DNA from: an uncultured Acidobacteriaceae bacterium
Lineage (GTDB): Bacteria; Acidobacteriota; Terriglobia; Terriglobales; Acidobacteriaceae
Assembly: GCA_963813905.1 (NCBI GenBank)
Contig: CAWFAY010000014.1
Location: 149,875 to 213,874 of the forward strand
Reading direction: 5' to 3'
DNA length: 64,000 bases
Below the pieces are notes generated by a model, which saw nothing but the letters and a program-made list of their open reading frames with translations, searched no databases and was not told the origin of the DNA. This document shows, piece by piece, positions 11,887-22,597 of this stretch (positions are counted from its first letter, which is position 1; each line of letters begins with the position of its first letter). The position numbers and the translations under genes were made by a program.

Positions 11887-12658
11887 CTAAGCGCGTGGCA
11901 GTTGCACGAGCAAAGTTGTGCTGATCAGCAGCAGGCCAAAAGCAACGATCACAACCGCAATGCGAGGTCCCAAAATCTTGAAGCGCTGACTGAGCGCCGT
12001 GAGCAACAAGACTGTCGCCAGGAACACCGTGACTTTCACGTACTGATCGCCGGTCTCGCGGCTGGCGACCGCTTGTTCGAAATATCCCTGCGCTTTCTTG
12101 CCGAGGACGATCGACTCCTCGGAGTGGCTGTCTCTATAGCCGGGCATCGAACTAGGACCAGCCGGCGCCTCCGGATTGTGGAAAGGATCGAGCTAGAAGC
12201 CAGGCATCGAACGCCTTACGGTATTCCGGCCGGAAGCGTCGGACGTAGAACTCCATCAATGCTTCGTCTTTGGCGTTTCTGGCGAACATCCAGCCGTTGA
12301 AGGTGGTGGAATCATACAGATGATCCTGGCCGGCGATCGTGGCCTTCTCCTGTGACGACATGATCGCGCTGGCGTTCAGAGCGTACTGTTTCGCCGACAG
12401 CGCATCCCACTTCGCCGCCTGATAACCGCTCCATGCGGTAGCCACGGCCACAACCGCCAGCACGATCGCCTCTGCGATTGCCAGCCATTCGTGACGCCGG
12501 TCTGAGGGCTCGTGATGGTGCTCATGACCGTGCTCATGGATGCGATGCGCGTATTCGACGTTCGAATTGACTTCAGCCAAGGCGACCTCAACGAGAACCC
12601 TGTCGCAAGACAGAGTTGCTCGCTGCATTTTTTTAGCAGCTTCGCTGCAAGGCCGCAA
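11887..12658 (-). pseudogene. Hypothetical membrane protein apparently split into two ORFs (12152-12658 and 11887-12147)
   Basis: The upstream ORF has a His-rich N-terminus and one TM helix. A third frame reads through the stop as ...LDPFHNPEAPAGPSSMPGYRDS... into the downstream ORF, which has two C-terminal TM helices. A single indel within 12155-12195 would fuse them. Confidence 0.4.
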
Positions 12659-12733
12659 GGCGAGATTTGCCGACGTGCGAACGACGCATGCATCGAAGCG
12701 CGGGCTCCAGCATTGGATCGGCAGGCTAGGCGG

Positions 12734-13771
12734 CTATTGTGGGTTAGGTGCGGCGGCCGCAGTGGAATTGGAAAGTCTCTGCAGCGCACTCTTCACCTGC
12801 TCGGCATCGGGACCGTTCGGGCTTTCGCGCAAGTACGTTGTGTACTCGGCGGCGGCCTGTGCGTACTGGTGTTTCTCCTCCAGCGCCGCTCCTGCCACGA
12901 AGTGGACGACCGAGTATCCATCGTGCGGTAACTCGTGGACCTTCTGCGCATCTCTGAGAGCGTCGTCTACCTTGCCGTCCTGGATCTCCGCAACTGCCAG
13001 CATGGTTAAAGTGGCGGCATCCGGCGGCTGAACCGCCAGCGACTTCTTCAGCATTTCTTCAGCGTGCGGAAAATCTTTCTGTCGCATCAGCATCCGGGCC
13101 AGGTTTCGGTCGGCATCTCCGTTCTTGTCGTTCAACTCTACCGAGTGTTTGAACGCGGCCATGGCCTTGTCCGTCTGGTTCAGGTGCGCGTACATCACTC
13201 CCAGGTTGTTGTACGCCGTGTCGTACTTAGGATACTCAAGCACCGCCTTCTCGAACTTCTCGGCCGCTTGCTGATAGTCCTTCTTCTGCCATGCCGTCAT
13301 TCCCTGGTCGAATGCTTTGCGGGCACTCTGCGGAACGAGCAAATCCGCCGTCGAGGTTACCGCTGCCTGGCCCGACTTCGCGGTGCTCTCCGTGGTTTCA
13401 GCCTTGGCCTTCACGTGCACGTAAACCGACCGCGTACACCCCTGTTCCATCGGGCATGGGGTGACCTCGACTGACTCTGAAGCGTCCTTCTGGATGTGCT
13501 CGCCCGAAATCTTGAGCATATAGCCACCAGCACCGGGGGCTTGTAGCACCGTTCTACCGCTGCCGTCAGTAAACCCTTGTGAGACAGGAATGCCGCCGGC
13601 GTTTGTCAGATTAACTTGCAAGTGTTCGCCCGCTGGACGATTGTCGTCGAAAAACACGTATATCTGAAGATTAGTGGGTCCCTCCGGACGTTCTTTGCGC
13701 TGCGCTTGCAGCGGAATAGAGAGAAGCACCAGCGGAATCAGCAACCCGATTGGACGGAAATACCGGTTCAT
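12734..13771 (-). CDS. Secreted TPR-repeat protein with an N-terminal beta-sandwich (carboxypeptidase-regulatory-like) domain
   Basis: Probable start is the MNRYFRPIGLLIPLVLLSIPLQAQ signal peptide. TPR motifs follow (AYNNLGVMYAHLNQTDKAMAAFKHSVELN etc.). Confidence 0.75.
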   Translation of the reverse strand: MNRYFRPIGLLIPLVLLSIPLQAQRKERPEGPTNLQIYVFFDDNRPAGEHLQVNLTNAGGIPVSQGFTDGSGRTVLQAPGAGGYMLKISGEHIQKDASESVEVTPCPMEQGCTRSVYVHVKAKAETTESTAKSGQAAVTSTADLLVPQSARKAFDQGMTAWQKKDYQQAAEKFEKAVLEYPKYDTAYNNLGVMYAHLNQTDKAMAAFKHSVELNDKNGDADRNLARMLMRQKDFPHAEEMLKKSLAVQPPDAATLTMLAVAEIQDGKVDDALRDAQKVHELPHDGYSVVHFVAGAALEEKHQYAQAAAEYTTYLRESPNGPDAEQVKSALQRLSNSTAAAAPNPQ

Positions 13772-13869
13772 ACAGCCCCCACAGTGCGTCTTGGGTACGC
13801 ACATTTGTGTGGATTGTACGCCCGAATGCCCAGCTCTATGTCAAATCGATGTCACCTACGGCCAAAACT

Positions 13870-16060
13870 TCACTTCCCCGACGAAGCCTTCGCTCCATTT
13901 CCAGCCGGCTCTTCCACCCCTAGCTGCGCCAGCATGAACGCGTAATCAAACGCGACCTCGTGGTATCGGTCATAGCGTCCGCTGGAGCCGCCGTGGCCAC
14001 CATGCATGTTGGTGTAGAACACCAGCGGATTCTGATCGGTCTTCATGGTGCGCAACTTAGCAACAAACTTTGCCGGCTCCCAGTACATCACCTGGCTGTC
14101 GTCGAACGAGGTACGTACCAGGATCGACGGGTACGCCTTCTTCGCGATGTTGTCATACGGCGAGTACGACAGCATGTAGTGGAACGCGGCCTCATGCTCC
14201 GGATTACCCCACTCTTCATACTCCGGCACGGTCAGGGGCAGGGAAGGATCGAGCATGGTGTTCATCACGTCGACGAACGGCACCTGTGCCAGCACCACTT
14301 TGAACAGATCAGGACGCATGTTCGTCACCGCGCCCATCAGCAGGCCGCCGGCGCTGCCGCCTTCGATCGCCACCCGGTCCTTCGCACCATAGCCGTGCGC
14401 AACCAGGTATTCGGTAGCGGCGATGAAGTCGGTGAAGGTGTTCTTCTTCTCCATCATTTTGCCGGCATCGTGCCAGGGCTTGCCCAGCTCCCCGCCACCG
14501 CGAATGTGCGCCAGCGCCACAATGACCCCCCGATCAGCGATGGGCAGCCGAGCCGCACTGAAGCTCGCCGGAAGCGGGTAGCCATACGATCCATAACCGT
14601 AGAGATACAGCGGAGCCTTGGCTTTGTCCTTCACGTCCTTGCGATAGAACAGCGAAATCGGAATCTTCGTCCCATCGCTTGCCGTCGCGAACACGCGCTC
14701 AGAGACGTAGTTTTTGCGATCGAATCCGCCGGGCACCTCATTCTGCTTCAGCAGCGTCGACTGGTGCGTTTCGACGTTGTAGTCGTAGACCGATGGCGGC
14801 GTAATCAGCGACTGATACTGATAGCGATAGGCCCTGGTGTTGAACTCGGCGTTCGCCTGGCCTCCGGCAAAGTACGCGGGCTCGGGAAACTCGATTTGCT
14901 TGGTCGAGCCATCGGCAAACTGCACCACGCGAAACGCGGGATATCCGCCCAGCCGCTCGGTCACGACGTAGAAGTTCTGGAAGACGTCGATGTCTTCGAT
15001 GGGCACATCCGGGCCGGGAAGCGATCAGCTCCTTCCAGTGCTCGCGGCCCGGACTCGCGACCGGTGCGGTTACGATGCGGAAGGTCTGCGCCTTATCGTT
15101 GGTGCGGATGTAGAACTGGTCGCCGCGATGGTCGGCGTAATACTCGATATTGTCGCGCCGCGGCTCGATTGTTCTCCACTCGGCTTCCGGCTTTGCCGCG
15201 GGCAGGAAGCGCATCTCGGTCGTGACGTGGCTGCCGATGAACAGCGTCACGAACTCGCGGCTGCGGGTGCGGTCAACGTTAATGTTGAAGCGCTCGTCAG
15301 CTTCCTCGTAGAGCAGAGGATCCTTGGCGGTGTCGGTTCCAGCCGTATGGCGATACAACCGATAGGAGCGCTTCTGGACTTCGTCCTCGATGGTATAGAA
15401 GAGCGTCTTGTTGTCCGACGCCCAAGCCACCGACGTCACGCGCTCGGCTATATCGGGCAGGTCCTTGCCGGTGCGCAGGTCGCGGATGTGCAGCTTGTAC
15501 TGGCGAAATCCCACATTGTCGGTGGTGTAGGCCAGCCAGTTGCCATCGTCGCTTACCGCCGAAGGTCCCAGCGCCATGAACGGCTGGCCTTCGCCCATCA
15601 CGTTCAGGTCGAGCAGCACCTGCTCGGGCGCGTCGATTGATTCCGGGGTCCCCAGGGCGCCCGGTTTTGGCGCACTGGGGTGGGAGTCCTGCTTGCGGCA
15701 CAGCACGAAGTACTGCTTACCCTTCTCGGTGCGCGTGTAGTAGTAATAGCCGTCCTTCAGGTAGGGAACGGTATCGTCCGTCTCTTTGATGTGGCTGACG
15801 ATCTCGTCGTAGAGTTTCTGACGAACCGGCGCCAGCGCAGCGGTCATCTGCTCGGCGTAGGCATTCTCGGCTTCGAGATAGGAGTTCACGTCGGGATTGT
15901 CGCGCTCGCGCAGCCAGGCATAGTCATCCGTCAAGGTGACGCCATTCAGCGTGCGCTGGGTGTGGACCTTCTTGGCTACAGGTGGTTGTTTCGTGGTGGT
16001 CTGGGCTTCAGAGGAGGCAAGGGCAAGTGTCATAAGTGCGATGAAGAAGACTCGTGTCAT
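13870..16060 (-). pseudogene. ptrB: Oligopeptidase B / prolyl oligopeptidase family S9A serine protease, frame broken near 15010-15025
   Basis: The N-terminal ORF has a signal peptide plus LTDDYAWLRERDNPDV..YLEAENAY. The C-terminal ORF has GGSAGGLL (the GxSxGG nucleophile), plus D and H regions. The frames meet at ...ELIA / PGPDVPIEDIDVF with one extra base. Confidence 0.85.
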
Positions 16061-16395
16061 TTGGGATTGTGCGGGCCCGGCGTTGGGGCGTTCAGCGCCC
16101 GTAGCCGCTCAACCCCACCCCGGCAAACGATGCCGGAATGGGGCACCCGCAATCCGTGATTATAGGCGAACTGCGGTTTCAGAACGGGGCCGGGGCGTGT
16201 CCTAATTTGAATTGTCATCCTGAGGTCGCCTTGGCGACCGAAGGACCTGCTCTCGCCCGTAGTGCGATGGAACTCTGCTGCCGGTAAATCCAGCAAATTA
16301 GGAGGCACAAATATACGACACGCACATGCGCGAAATCGCGCAGCGTGGGTGTCCGTGTTACTCCCGTCGCGGTAGTAACTGTCGTGACAGGATTG

Positions 16396-17379
16396 CTATG
16401 GCGGAGCTTCGTTGTTGGGATACCCATCAATATACTCCAAGAATGGAATACTGATCCTTGGGTCGCATGGAGTGAGTGTGGTCTTCTTAGAGGGAATACT
16501 ATAGCTGCTTGCTACACAGAACTGCCATACCTGCTTCGGCCTATCCGGGAATCCATCGCCGTAAGTAATGGTTCCCCCGACAACGATGCGCTGCTCTCCC
16601 TTTTCCAGCTTCTCTTTATCCAGCGCAAAAACTGGAACAGAAAGGGCTATGGGGTTATTGGGGGTAATGGTGTTCAGGGGATGATGCTGCCAGTGTTTCT
16701 CTACGACGTACCTAGAATCCGTGTGACCCTCCACGGGCTGATTGAATGTCGCCTCGTGAACGACCACAGTAATCTCACCCGAAGGAATATGCCCCACATT
16801 GATAACTGGTATGTCCATGAACTTTGTAGAGTAATTAAATCCGGGATCGCCAATTACAACGTACGCCCTCTGAGAAACATACAGAGTCTCTTTAGCGGTA
16901 TCGGCTGCACTAACGGCAGCGTTAGCCGCCCGTTTGTTCGCGCGAGCTTGCTCTTCGGCGCTACGGGCCAAGTCCTTAGTCATGTCAGCCTGATTCTTGG
17001 CTTGAATAGCAAGTTCGTGGGTATCGCTGACCTGTTTGGTCAGTTGCGCCAGTTGCTCCTGATAAAGACGGATCAGTTTGTCGGTTTGCGTTCCCGCTCC
17101 CCTCATTTGCTCAAGCTGACCACGCATCGCCTCCAATTGTCCATGATAAATCCAAGCCAAGACGCAAGCGATGGTAATGGCTCCAACCTCCAACACTATC
17201 TTCCAAAATGGAGTTGGATCGGGACGGGCATAATAGCTTTCGCTCTCATATTTTTTGGGTGGTTTCACCTCCGTAGGGAGCAGAATGGAATCCAGTACGT
17301 CGTCGCTCTCTTTGGCGGACTTGCTCTGTGGTGTTTCGTTATCCATTGGGGGGGTTTGGAATATGAAAGCAGAATACAA
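16396..17379 (-). CDS. Hypothetical single-pass membrane protein with a coiled-coil and a C-terminal beta-rich domain
   Basis: 327-aa ORF in a locally lower-GC stretch (my hand counts of two 60-nt lines gave 47-48% GC). One TM helix (FWKIVLEVGAITIACVLAWIY). No family recognised. Confidence 0.55.
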   Translation of the reverse strand: MYSAFIFQTPPMDNETPQSKSAKESDDVLDSILLPTEVKPPKKYESESYYARPDPTPFWKIVLEVGAITIACVLAWIYHGQLEAMRGQLEQMRGAGTQTDKLIRLYQEQLAQLTKQVSDTHELAIQAKNQADMTKDLARSAEEQARANKRAANAAVSAADTAKETLYVSQRAYVVIGDPGFNYSTKFMDIPVINVGHIPSGEITVVVHEATFNQPVEGHTDSRYVVEKHWQHHPLNTITPNNPIALSVPVFALDKEKLEKGEQRIVVGGTITYGDGFPDRPKQVWQFCVASSYSIPSKKTTLTPCDPRISIPFLEYIDGYPNNEAPP

Positions 17380-17475
17380 AGAAGGGCCGGAAGCAAGAGA
17401 AAACTTCCCTTACGAATAGGGATCTCGGCAATGGTAGCGACGGACTCCCGGCACGCGCAACCCCCGTGGCGTATG

Positions 17476-17734
17476 CGTCCGATAATGTGCAAAACACGAA
17501 AAAAATTGTTTGCGCGATCCTTTGTTTTCATCGTTGTAGCGCATTTTTGTCTGCAAATTCCTGAGCCCATGGAAGTTATAGGCAAATTATAGATTTCAAA
17601 GAACTTAGCGGGACGCATCCCGCAGGAACACCCTTTGTGTCCTCGTCGGCAGTTTATGAGTTGCCGAACTGATCCGCACCAAGAAAGTGCGGTGCGGAGG
17701 TTACGAAGGTCGTAGAAATTCCCGAAATGGGAAT
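17476..17734 (-). repeat. Copy A of a roughly 260-270-bp dispersed repeat (partner at 61089-61359, opposite orientation)
   Basis: The reverse complement aligns with 61089-61359. Shared exact blocks: attcccatttcgggaat, tctacgaccttcgtaacc, taagttctttgaaatct, ctcaggaatttgc, cattatcggacg. Confidence 0.8.
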
Positions 17735-17888
17735 GGGCGGGCGAACGAGTCCTCGCCCCGAACATTCCTCCTTTTCGAGATGTGCGGGATGGGGATCGCG
17801 AAGGTCCTGCACGAATTTGAACTAAAAGTGTTCCGCTCTCCCACTCATCCGAAAACCGCGGATGAGTGGAGTACGCGGCCAAGCGGGG

Positions 17889-17927
17889 AAACAAAAGATC
17901 CCACTCAGGCGATGAAGCCTGAGTGGG
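17889..17927 (-). terminator. Rho-independent terminator of the collagen-like/propeller gene
   Basis: On the minus strand: CCCACTCAGGC-ttcatc-GCCTGAGTGGG (11-bp stem) followed by atcttttgttt. Confidence 0.7.
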
Positions 17928-17945
17928 GCGAGGACTGCGATGCGT

Positions 17946-20078
17946 CTACCTGGCGGGGATTTTGGTCACGGTGTTGTCGCCATTATTGACTACCCAGATG
18001 TTGGTTCCGTCGAAGGCTACGCCATAGGGAGTGCTTCCAACCGGATAGGTGCCGACCAGCGCGCCGTTACTGGCCAGCAGCTTGGTCACGGTGTTGCTTA
18101 GAATATTCGTGACCCAGATGTTGGTTCCGTCGAAGGCGACGCCGTAGGGATCAGTTTCGGTCGGATACGTGCCGACAAGCGAACCGTCAGCAGCCAGCAG
18201 CTTGGTCACGTTAGCGCTATTTCCATTCGCGACCCAGATGTTAGTCCCGTCGAAGGCTAATCCCCAGGGAGTAATTCCAGCCGTATAGGTGCCGACCAGC
18301 GAGCCGTCGCTAGCCCGCAACTTGGTCACGGTGTCGCTGTATACACTCGCGACCCAGATGTTGGTTCCGTCGAAGGCGACTGCGACGGGGTTACCTGCAA
18401 CTGGATACGTGCCGACGATCGCGCCGCTACCGGCCAGCAACTTGGTCACGGTGTGGCTGTGTGGATTCGTGACCCAGATATTGGTTCCGTCGAAGGCGAT
18501 TCCAAAGGTCTCTCCGGCCGGATAGGTGCCGACCAGCGCGCCGTTGCTGGCCAGCAACTTGGTCACGGTGTTGTCACTTGCATTCGCGACCCAGATATTG
18601 GTTCCATCGAAGGCAACTCCACGAGGATTAGTTCCAACCGCATAGGTGCCGACCAAGGCACCGGTGTTCGCCAGCAACTTGGTCACGCTGTTGCCGTCGA
18701 AATTCGAGACCCAGATGCTGGTTCCGTCGAACGCCACTTGCGTGGGGAAAGTCCCAACCGGATACGTGCTGGGATACCACTGCAACAGCGCTGCCCGAAG
18801 CTCGGCCAATCCCGCGCCGGGAGCGCCCGGGGCACCGGTGTCACCCTTGGGTCCTTGCGGTCCCTGGGGTCCGACCGGTCCCATCAACCCGATTGGGCCG
18901 ATCGGGCCCTCCGGACCAGTTAGACCAATTGGACCTTGTGGCCCAGTTGGACCTTCCGGGCCAGTCAGCCCAATCGGACCCTGCGCGCCCGTATCGCCCT
19001 GCAGGCCCTGAGTACCCTGTGGGCCGGTGTCGCCTTTGGAAGCGATGAGCTGCCAGTTGGGATTGTCCAGCGCGGGCTCTGAATGATAGTTGGCGGTCAA
19101 TGCCAGCCAGGAAGAGCCGCCGTCGGTCACTGCATCATCAGGGTCATACTGGGCAAACTGGTTCCAGGGGCCCTGATTGTTCAGCCCCTTGGCAGCCAGC
19201 ACTTGCCAGTTGGGATTGCTGTTATTGGGTTGCGAGTTCTGGTTGGCCTGGAGCGCAATCCACGAAGATCCGTCATAGCTGACAGAATCGTTGATCTGGT
19301 ATTGCACCGTTGAGAGCCAGTATCCGCGATTGTTGACCCCGACCGGGCCAGCCGGCCCTGGAATACCCTGTAGCCCCTGCAGGCCTTGCGGACCAGTCAG
19401 ACCGAGTGGCCCTTGCGCGCCCGTGTCGCCCTTCAGTCCCTGAGGGCCTTGCAGTCCCGGAGGTCCCGGAGCTCCCGTTGCACCCTTCGGCCCCGTCGGA
19501 CCGACTGGTCCGGTTGGGCCGGTTACGCCGGCATTGAGCACCGCGTCATGGCTTGTATTGGCGCTTTCCTTGGATTCAAAGCTGACCGCAATGGCAGAGC
19601 CTGTCGAGGGCCGCAGCAGGAGGCCGAAGTTGTTGTTCTCTGCTGCGTCCAGCCAGCTCTTTACAAATGGGGTGACATCCACCTCCACGTATTGGTTGAG
19701 GCTTGTTACGGAGCCCCCCGGCAGACATAGCCCGTAGGGGGGTAGTGTGTTGTAAGTGACAGTTCTTTCCTGCCACGGGCCGTTGATCTGGCAGACATCG
19801 AAGGTGCCAGGGCTCGACCCAGCGACAACGAACAGCTTCATGGTTGCGTGCGTGATTTGGCCGGAAGTGATGCCCGCCGGCAGTACAGAGTTATCGAATC
19901 TCACTAAGCTGAATCTGTTGGGGGACTGAACCACCAGCGTGTTGGCGCTCCCGTTGTTACCGTTGCGAGCATTCGAGTCCACCCAGGCGTCGTCGGTTAC
20001 GGGAGCTTGTGCGAAGCTAAGAGTGGAAGCAAGACAGAGAACTACTACGGCTACAAAGGCCAGTCGACGAAGTTGCAT
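17946..20078 (-). CDS. Secreted mosaic protein with five parts in order: N-terminal DNRLRE-like domain, collagen-like GXY stretch, two CBM5/12-like modules, second GXY stretch, seven-bladed propeller
   Basis: Start chosen at [26 protein letters not shown], with AGGAGG just upstream. GXY runs ([38 protein letters not shown]...). Two W-rich modules ([17 protein letters not shown] and [17 protein letters not shown]). Seven 39-40-aa repeats of the form [15 protein letters not shown]...[14 protein letters not shown]. Confidence 0.8.
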   Translation of the reverse strand: MQLRRLAFVAVVVLCLASTLSFAQAPVTDDAWVDSNARNGNNGSANTLVVQSPNRFSLVRFDNSVLPAGITSGQITHATMKLFVVAGSSPGTFDVCQINGPWQERTVTYNTLPPYGLCLPGGSVTSLNQYVEVDVTPFVKSWLDAAENNNFGLLLRPSTGSAIAVSFESKESANTSHDAVLNAGVTGPTGPVGPTGPKGATGAPGPPGLQGPQGLKGDTGAQGPLGLTGPQGLQGLQGIPGPAGPVGVNNRGYWLSTVQYQINDSVSYDGSSWIALQANQNSQPNNSNPNWQVLAAKGLNNQGPWNQFAQYDPDDAVTDGGSSWLALTANYHSEPALDNPNWQLIASKGDTGPQGTQGLQGDTGAQGPIGLTGPEGPTGPQGPIGLTGPEGPIGPIGLMGPVGPQGPQGPKGDTGAPGAPGAGLAELRAALLQWYPSTYPVGTFPTQVAFDGTSIWVSNFDGNSVTKLLANTGALVGTYAVGTNPRGVAFDGTNIWVANASDNTVTKLLASNGALVGTYPAGETFGIAFDGTNIWVTNPHSHTVTKLLAGSGAIVGTYPVAGNPVAVAFDGTNIWVASVYSDTVTKLRASDGSLVGTYTAGITPWGLAFDGTNIWVANGNSANVTKLLAADGSLVGTYPTETDPYGVAFDGTNIWVTNILSNTVTKLLASNGALVGTYPVGSTPYGVAFDGTNIWVVNNGDNTVTKIPAR
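17960..18800 (-). repeat. Seven tandem 117-120-bp coding repeats (propeller blades)
   Basis: cccagatgttggttccgtcgaaggc-like cores start at 17993, 18113, 18233, 18353, 18473, 18590 and 18710. Confidence 0.9.
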
Positions 20079-20499
20079 GATATGCCTCCTTGGCACAGCG
20101 GTCTCAGAGCGAGACGACGGCGCTGGGAGTCCGCGCCAGTCTGTAGAGGCGTCTCTGAGATGGAATAAAGGTGGGAACAATCTCTGCATCGCGGGCTGTT
20201 ATGGATGGGGCTACAACTCAGCGCTGGCGACGCATCGAGAAGGGAGCGATTGCATTGCATCGTGCACCTCCAGACACCAAATGTTGCGGGCTGAGGGAAT
20301 GGTTTACTTATTTAGAAACTGAGTTCTTTCGTCCCAGGGGGTGTTGCGCTTCCGCAGCGGGAGCTGCTCTTCGGAGAGGCGAAGTACTACTACCTGCCAA
20401 TTGTTGTGCTAAAGCTGGTGACAGGAAAGAGAAAAGTCCTCGAAAATAAAAAAGTGTTCCCGAATCGGGAAAGCAGCGCGCTACTTGCCCGTGCCGCCC

Positions 20500-20770
20500 C
20501 AAGGCCGATTTCAGCCCCGACGCATCTCGCCCTGGCAATGAGACGTGTCGCCCCTGAAGGGGCTTGGAGATTTCGCGTGGCGTGCGGCCCGACTGAAGTC
20601 GGGCCCTGATACAAAGCGGCCCGCATTTCCTACGCCTGAAGGCGTGGGCTTCCACCGTCAAGACGTGTCGCCCCTGAAGGGGCTCGGAATTTCATATTCA
20701 GCCTACCCAGCACTCCGGCCAAAGATGGCCGTAGCCTGCCCTGAAGGAAGTCGAAGGGGGCTGGGCTAAG
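20500..20770. repeat. Intergenic cluster of short hairpin (REP-like) repeats with TGAA loops
   Basis: agacgtgtcgcccctgaaggggct occurs at 20541 and 20661. Hairpins include ggcccgac-tgaa-gtcgggcc and acgcc-tgaa-ggcgt. Confidence 0.7.
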
Positions 20771-21051
20771 CTATTTCGCGCCTACGGCGCTGGGTTCATA
20801 CCCAATCGCGGCGATGTCGCAAACTCATCGGGCGCTCGTCAAATACTCTACTGCGTTGCTTGAGCAGTACGAATAAAGTCCGTACGCCGTTCGCACGCGC
20901 CTTCGCTTCGTGTTGAAGCGACGCCTCCACCAAGACTCCATCGCATGCTCAGAAGTTGCGCGGTACAGTGGCCGCCTTTCCGCCACGCATCCAAAACTCG
21001 CGGACGCGTGGCGTGCTCGAAGCAGGACCCGCGGATGCCTCGGTCACCGCA

Positions 21052-21741
21052 TCAGTACTTGTTGCTCGCGACGGCATCCACATTCGTCGTGGTTTCCTCG
21101 GTCGAGGCGGTAGTCGGCGCGACGGGTTGCAAGTCCGGCGATATTCTCACGTCACCGGTCATTGTCGTTAGCGTCCGCTCCCATACGGCATAGCCATTTT
21201 TCGTGAGCTTCACGGTGTGCTCTCCCGAGGGAACTTTCACCAACGACGGCGTGCTGCCGACAAATTTTCCATCGATTTCGATGTCGCTTCCGGCCGGACT
21301 GGAGGCGATCTCAATCTGAGCCGTATTGGGCTGCGCAGTTGCTCTGAACTTCGCCTTCAGACAGCTTTCGCGGGCCGCCATCAGAGCGGTCGGCATATAG
21401 TCGGAGTCGAGGATGAATACGTCAGAGCCACTCGCCTGCAGGTTGCGGACATCGTGCTCCGTGAGCTTGTTGTGGAAGCTGACTCCGTCGGGCAAATTAC
21501 CTTCCACGAACTGAAACTCACTTCCGCGGACACCGAACGACAGCACGCGGCTGGTGACTTGACCGACGGCTCCCATGCGCTCCAGGATCACGCAATTCGT
21601 TTGTCCTGCGCGCTCAGCATTGCCCGACTGTATCGCAGGCCTGGCTTGTGCAAACGACTGTCCGGCTGCCAACAGGCCGGCACATAACGTCACTATTTGG
21701 GCAAATCGGAGCATGACCGATCTCATATTCTGCGCATTCAT
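21052..21741 (-). CDS. Secreted PEGA-domain protein
   Basis: 229 aa. Signal peptide ...GQSFAQA. C-terminal IEIASSPAGSDIEIDGKFVGSTPSLVKVPSGEHTVKLTKNGY matches the PEGA pattern. Confidence 0.7.
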   Translation of the reverse strand: MNAQNMRSVMLRFAQIVTLCAGLLAAGQSFAQARPAIQSGNAERAGQTNCVILERMGAVGQVTSRVLSFGVRGSEFQFVEGNLPDGVSFHNKLTEHDVRNLQASGSDVFILDSDYMPTALMAARESCLKAKFRATAQPNTAQIEIASSPAGSDIEIDGKFVGSTPSLVKVPSGEHTVKLTKNGYAVWERTLTTMTGDVRISPDLQPVAPTTASTEETTTNVDAVASNKY

Positions 21742-22011
21742 CGTTACTCCTCCTGGCTTTGTTCACCAGATCCATTCCCTAACACCAGATAGAGATGCAA
21801 CGGGGGTTCCAAACGGACCAAAGCCCAGAAACCTAAGCTCAGGCGCGAGTCCAGGGCCATATTTCGCGTTGAGAGTCGAAAGTGTCGGAGGCGGATTCGA
21901 CAGGTACGTAGCCAAAAAGATAGTCGCTATCTTTTTTGTTCAATCGAAGCCGAGCGCAGAGACTCGCATGAGGCGATAAACTGGTCGGCGACTTTCAGGT
22001 GAGGAGCACAC

Positions 22012-22475
22012 ATGGCGCAACACAAATTCAGCGTCAAGCTGATTGGTCAGGAGGGTTCGCAGGTGGCGGCCTGAAGCCGCCCTTCGACGTGGTTGAGGTC
22101 TTCGGGCGCAAGGGACGGGTGCCGGTGAAGGGCACCATCAACGGGTTTCCCTTTCGCAGTTCGCTCATGAACATGGGCGAAGGACACATGATGGCGGTCA
22201 ACGCCGAGCTGCGCGCAGGCGGCAAGTGCAAAGCCGGCGACACGGTCAAAGTCGTGATGGAACTGGACGAGGAAGAGCGCAAAGTCGAGGTGCCGGTCTA
22301 CCTCAGGAAGATCATCAACAGCGATGCGCAGGCGAAAGAGTATTGGTCGAAGCTCTCCTTCACCCATCAGAAAGAGTATGTGCGCGAGATTGAGGACGCC
22401 AAGAAACCCGAAACCCGCGAGCGCCGCATCGCCAGCATGATGGATGCCCTGCGCAACCGTCAGCAGAAGAAGTAG
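22012..22475 (+). pseudogene. YdeI/OmpD-associated family protein (DUF1905-type N-terminus), probable frameshift near 22051-22058
   Basis: An ATG at 22012 with GAGGAG 5 nt upstream opens MAQHKFSVKLIGQEGS..., which stops after 20 codons. The family-typical sequence (PFDVVEVFGRKGRVPVKGTINGFPFRSSLMNMGEG...) continues in another frame from about 22055. Confidence 0.6.
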
Positions 22476-22597
22476 CTCGGAGAGTCGGTCCTGGTCCCGT
22501 AGAGAATCTCCTCTCCCACTCCAGATCGAGGTTCGGTTACGATGGGCCCGGTGTAGGCTTCGTTTAGAGGTGCAGAAACCGGAGCTATACTCACCCG

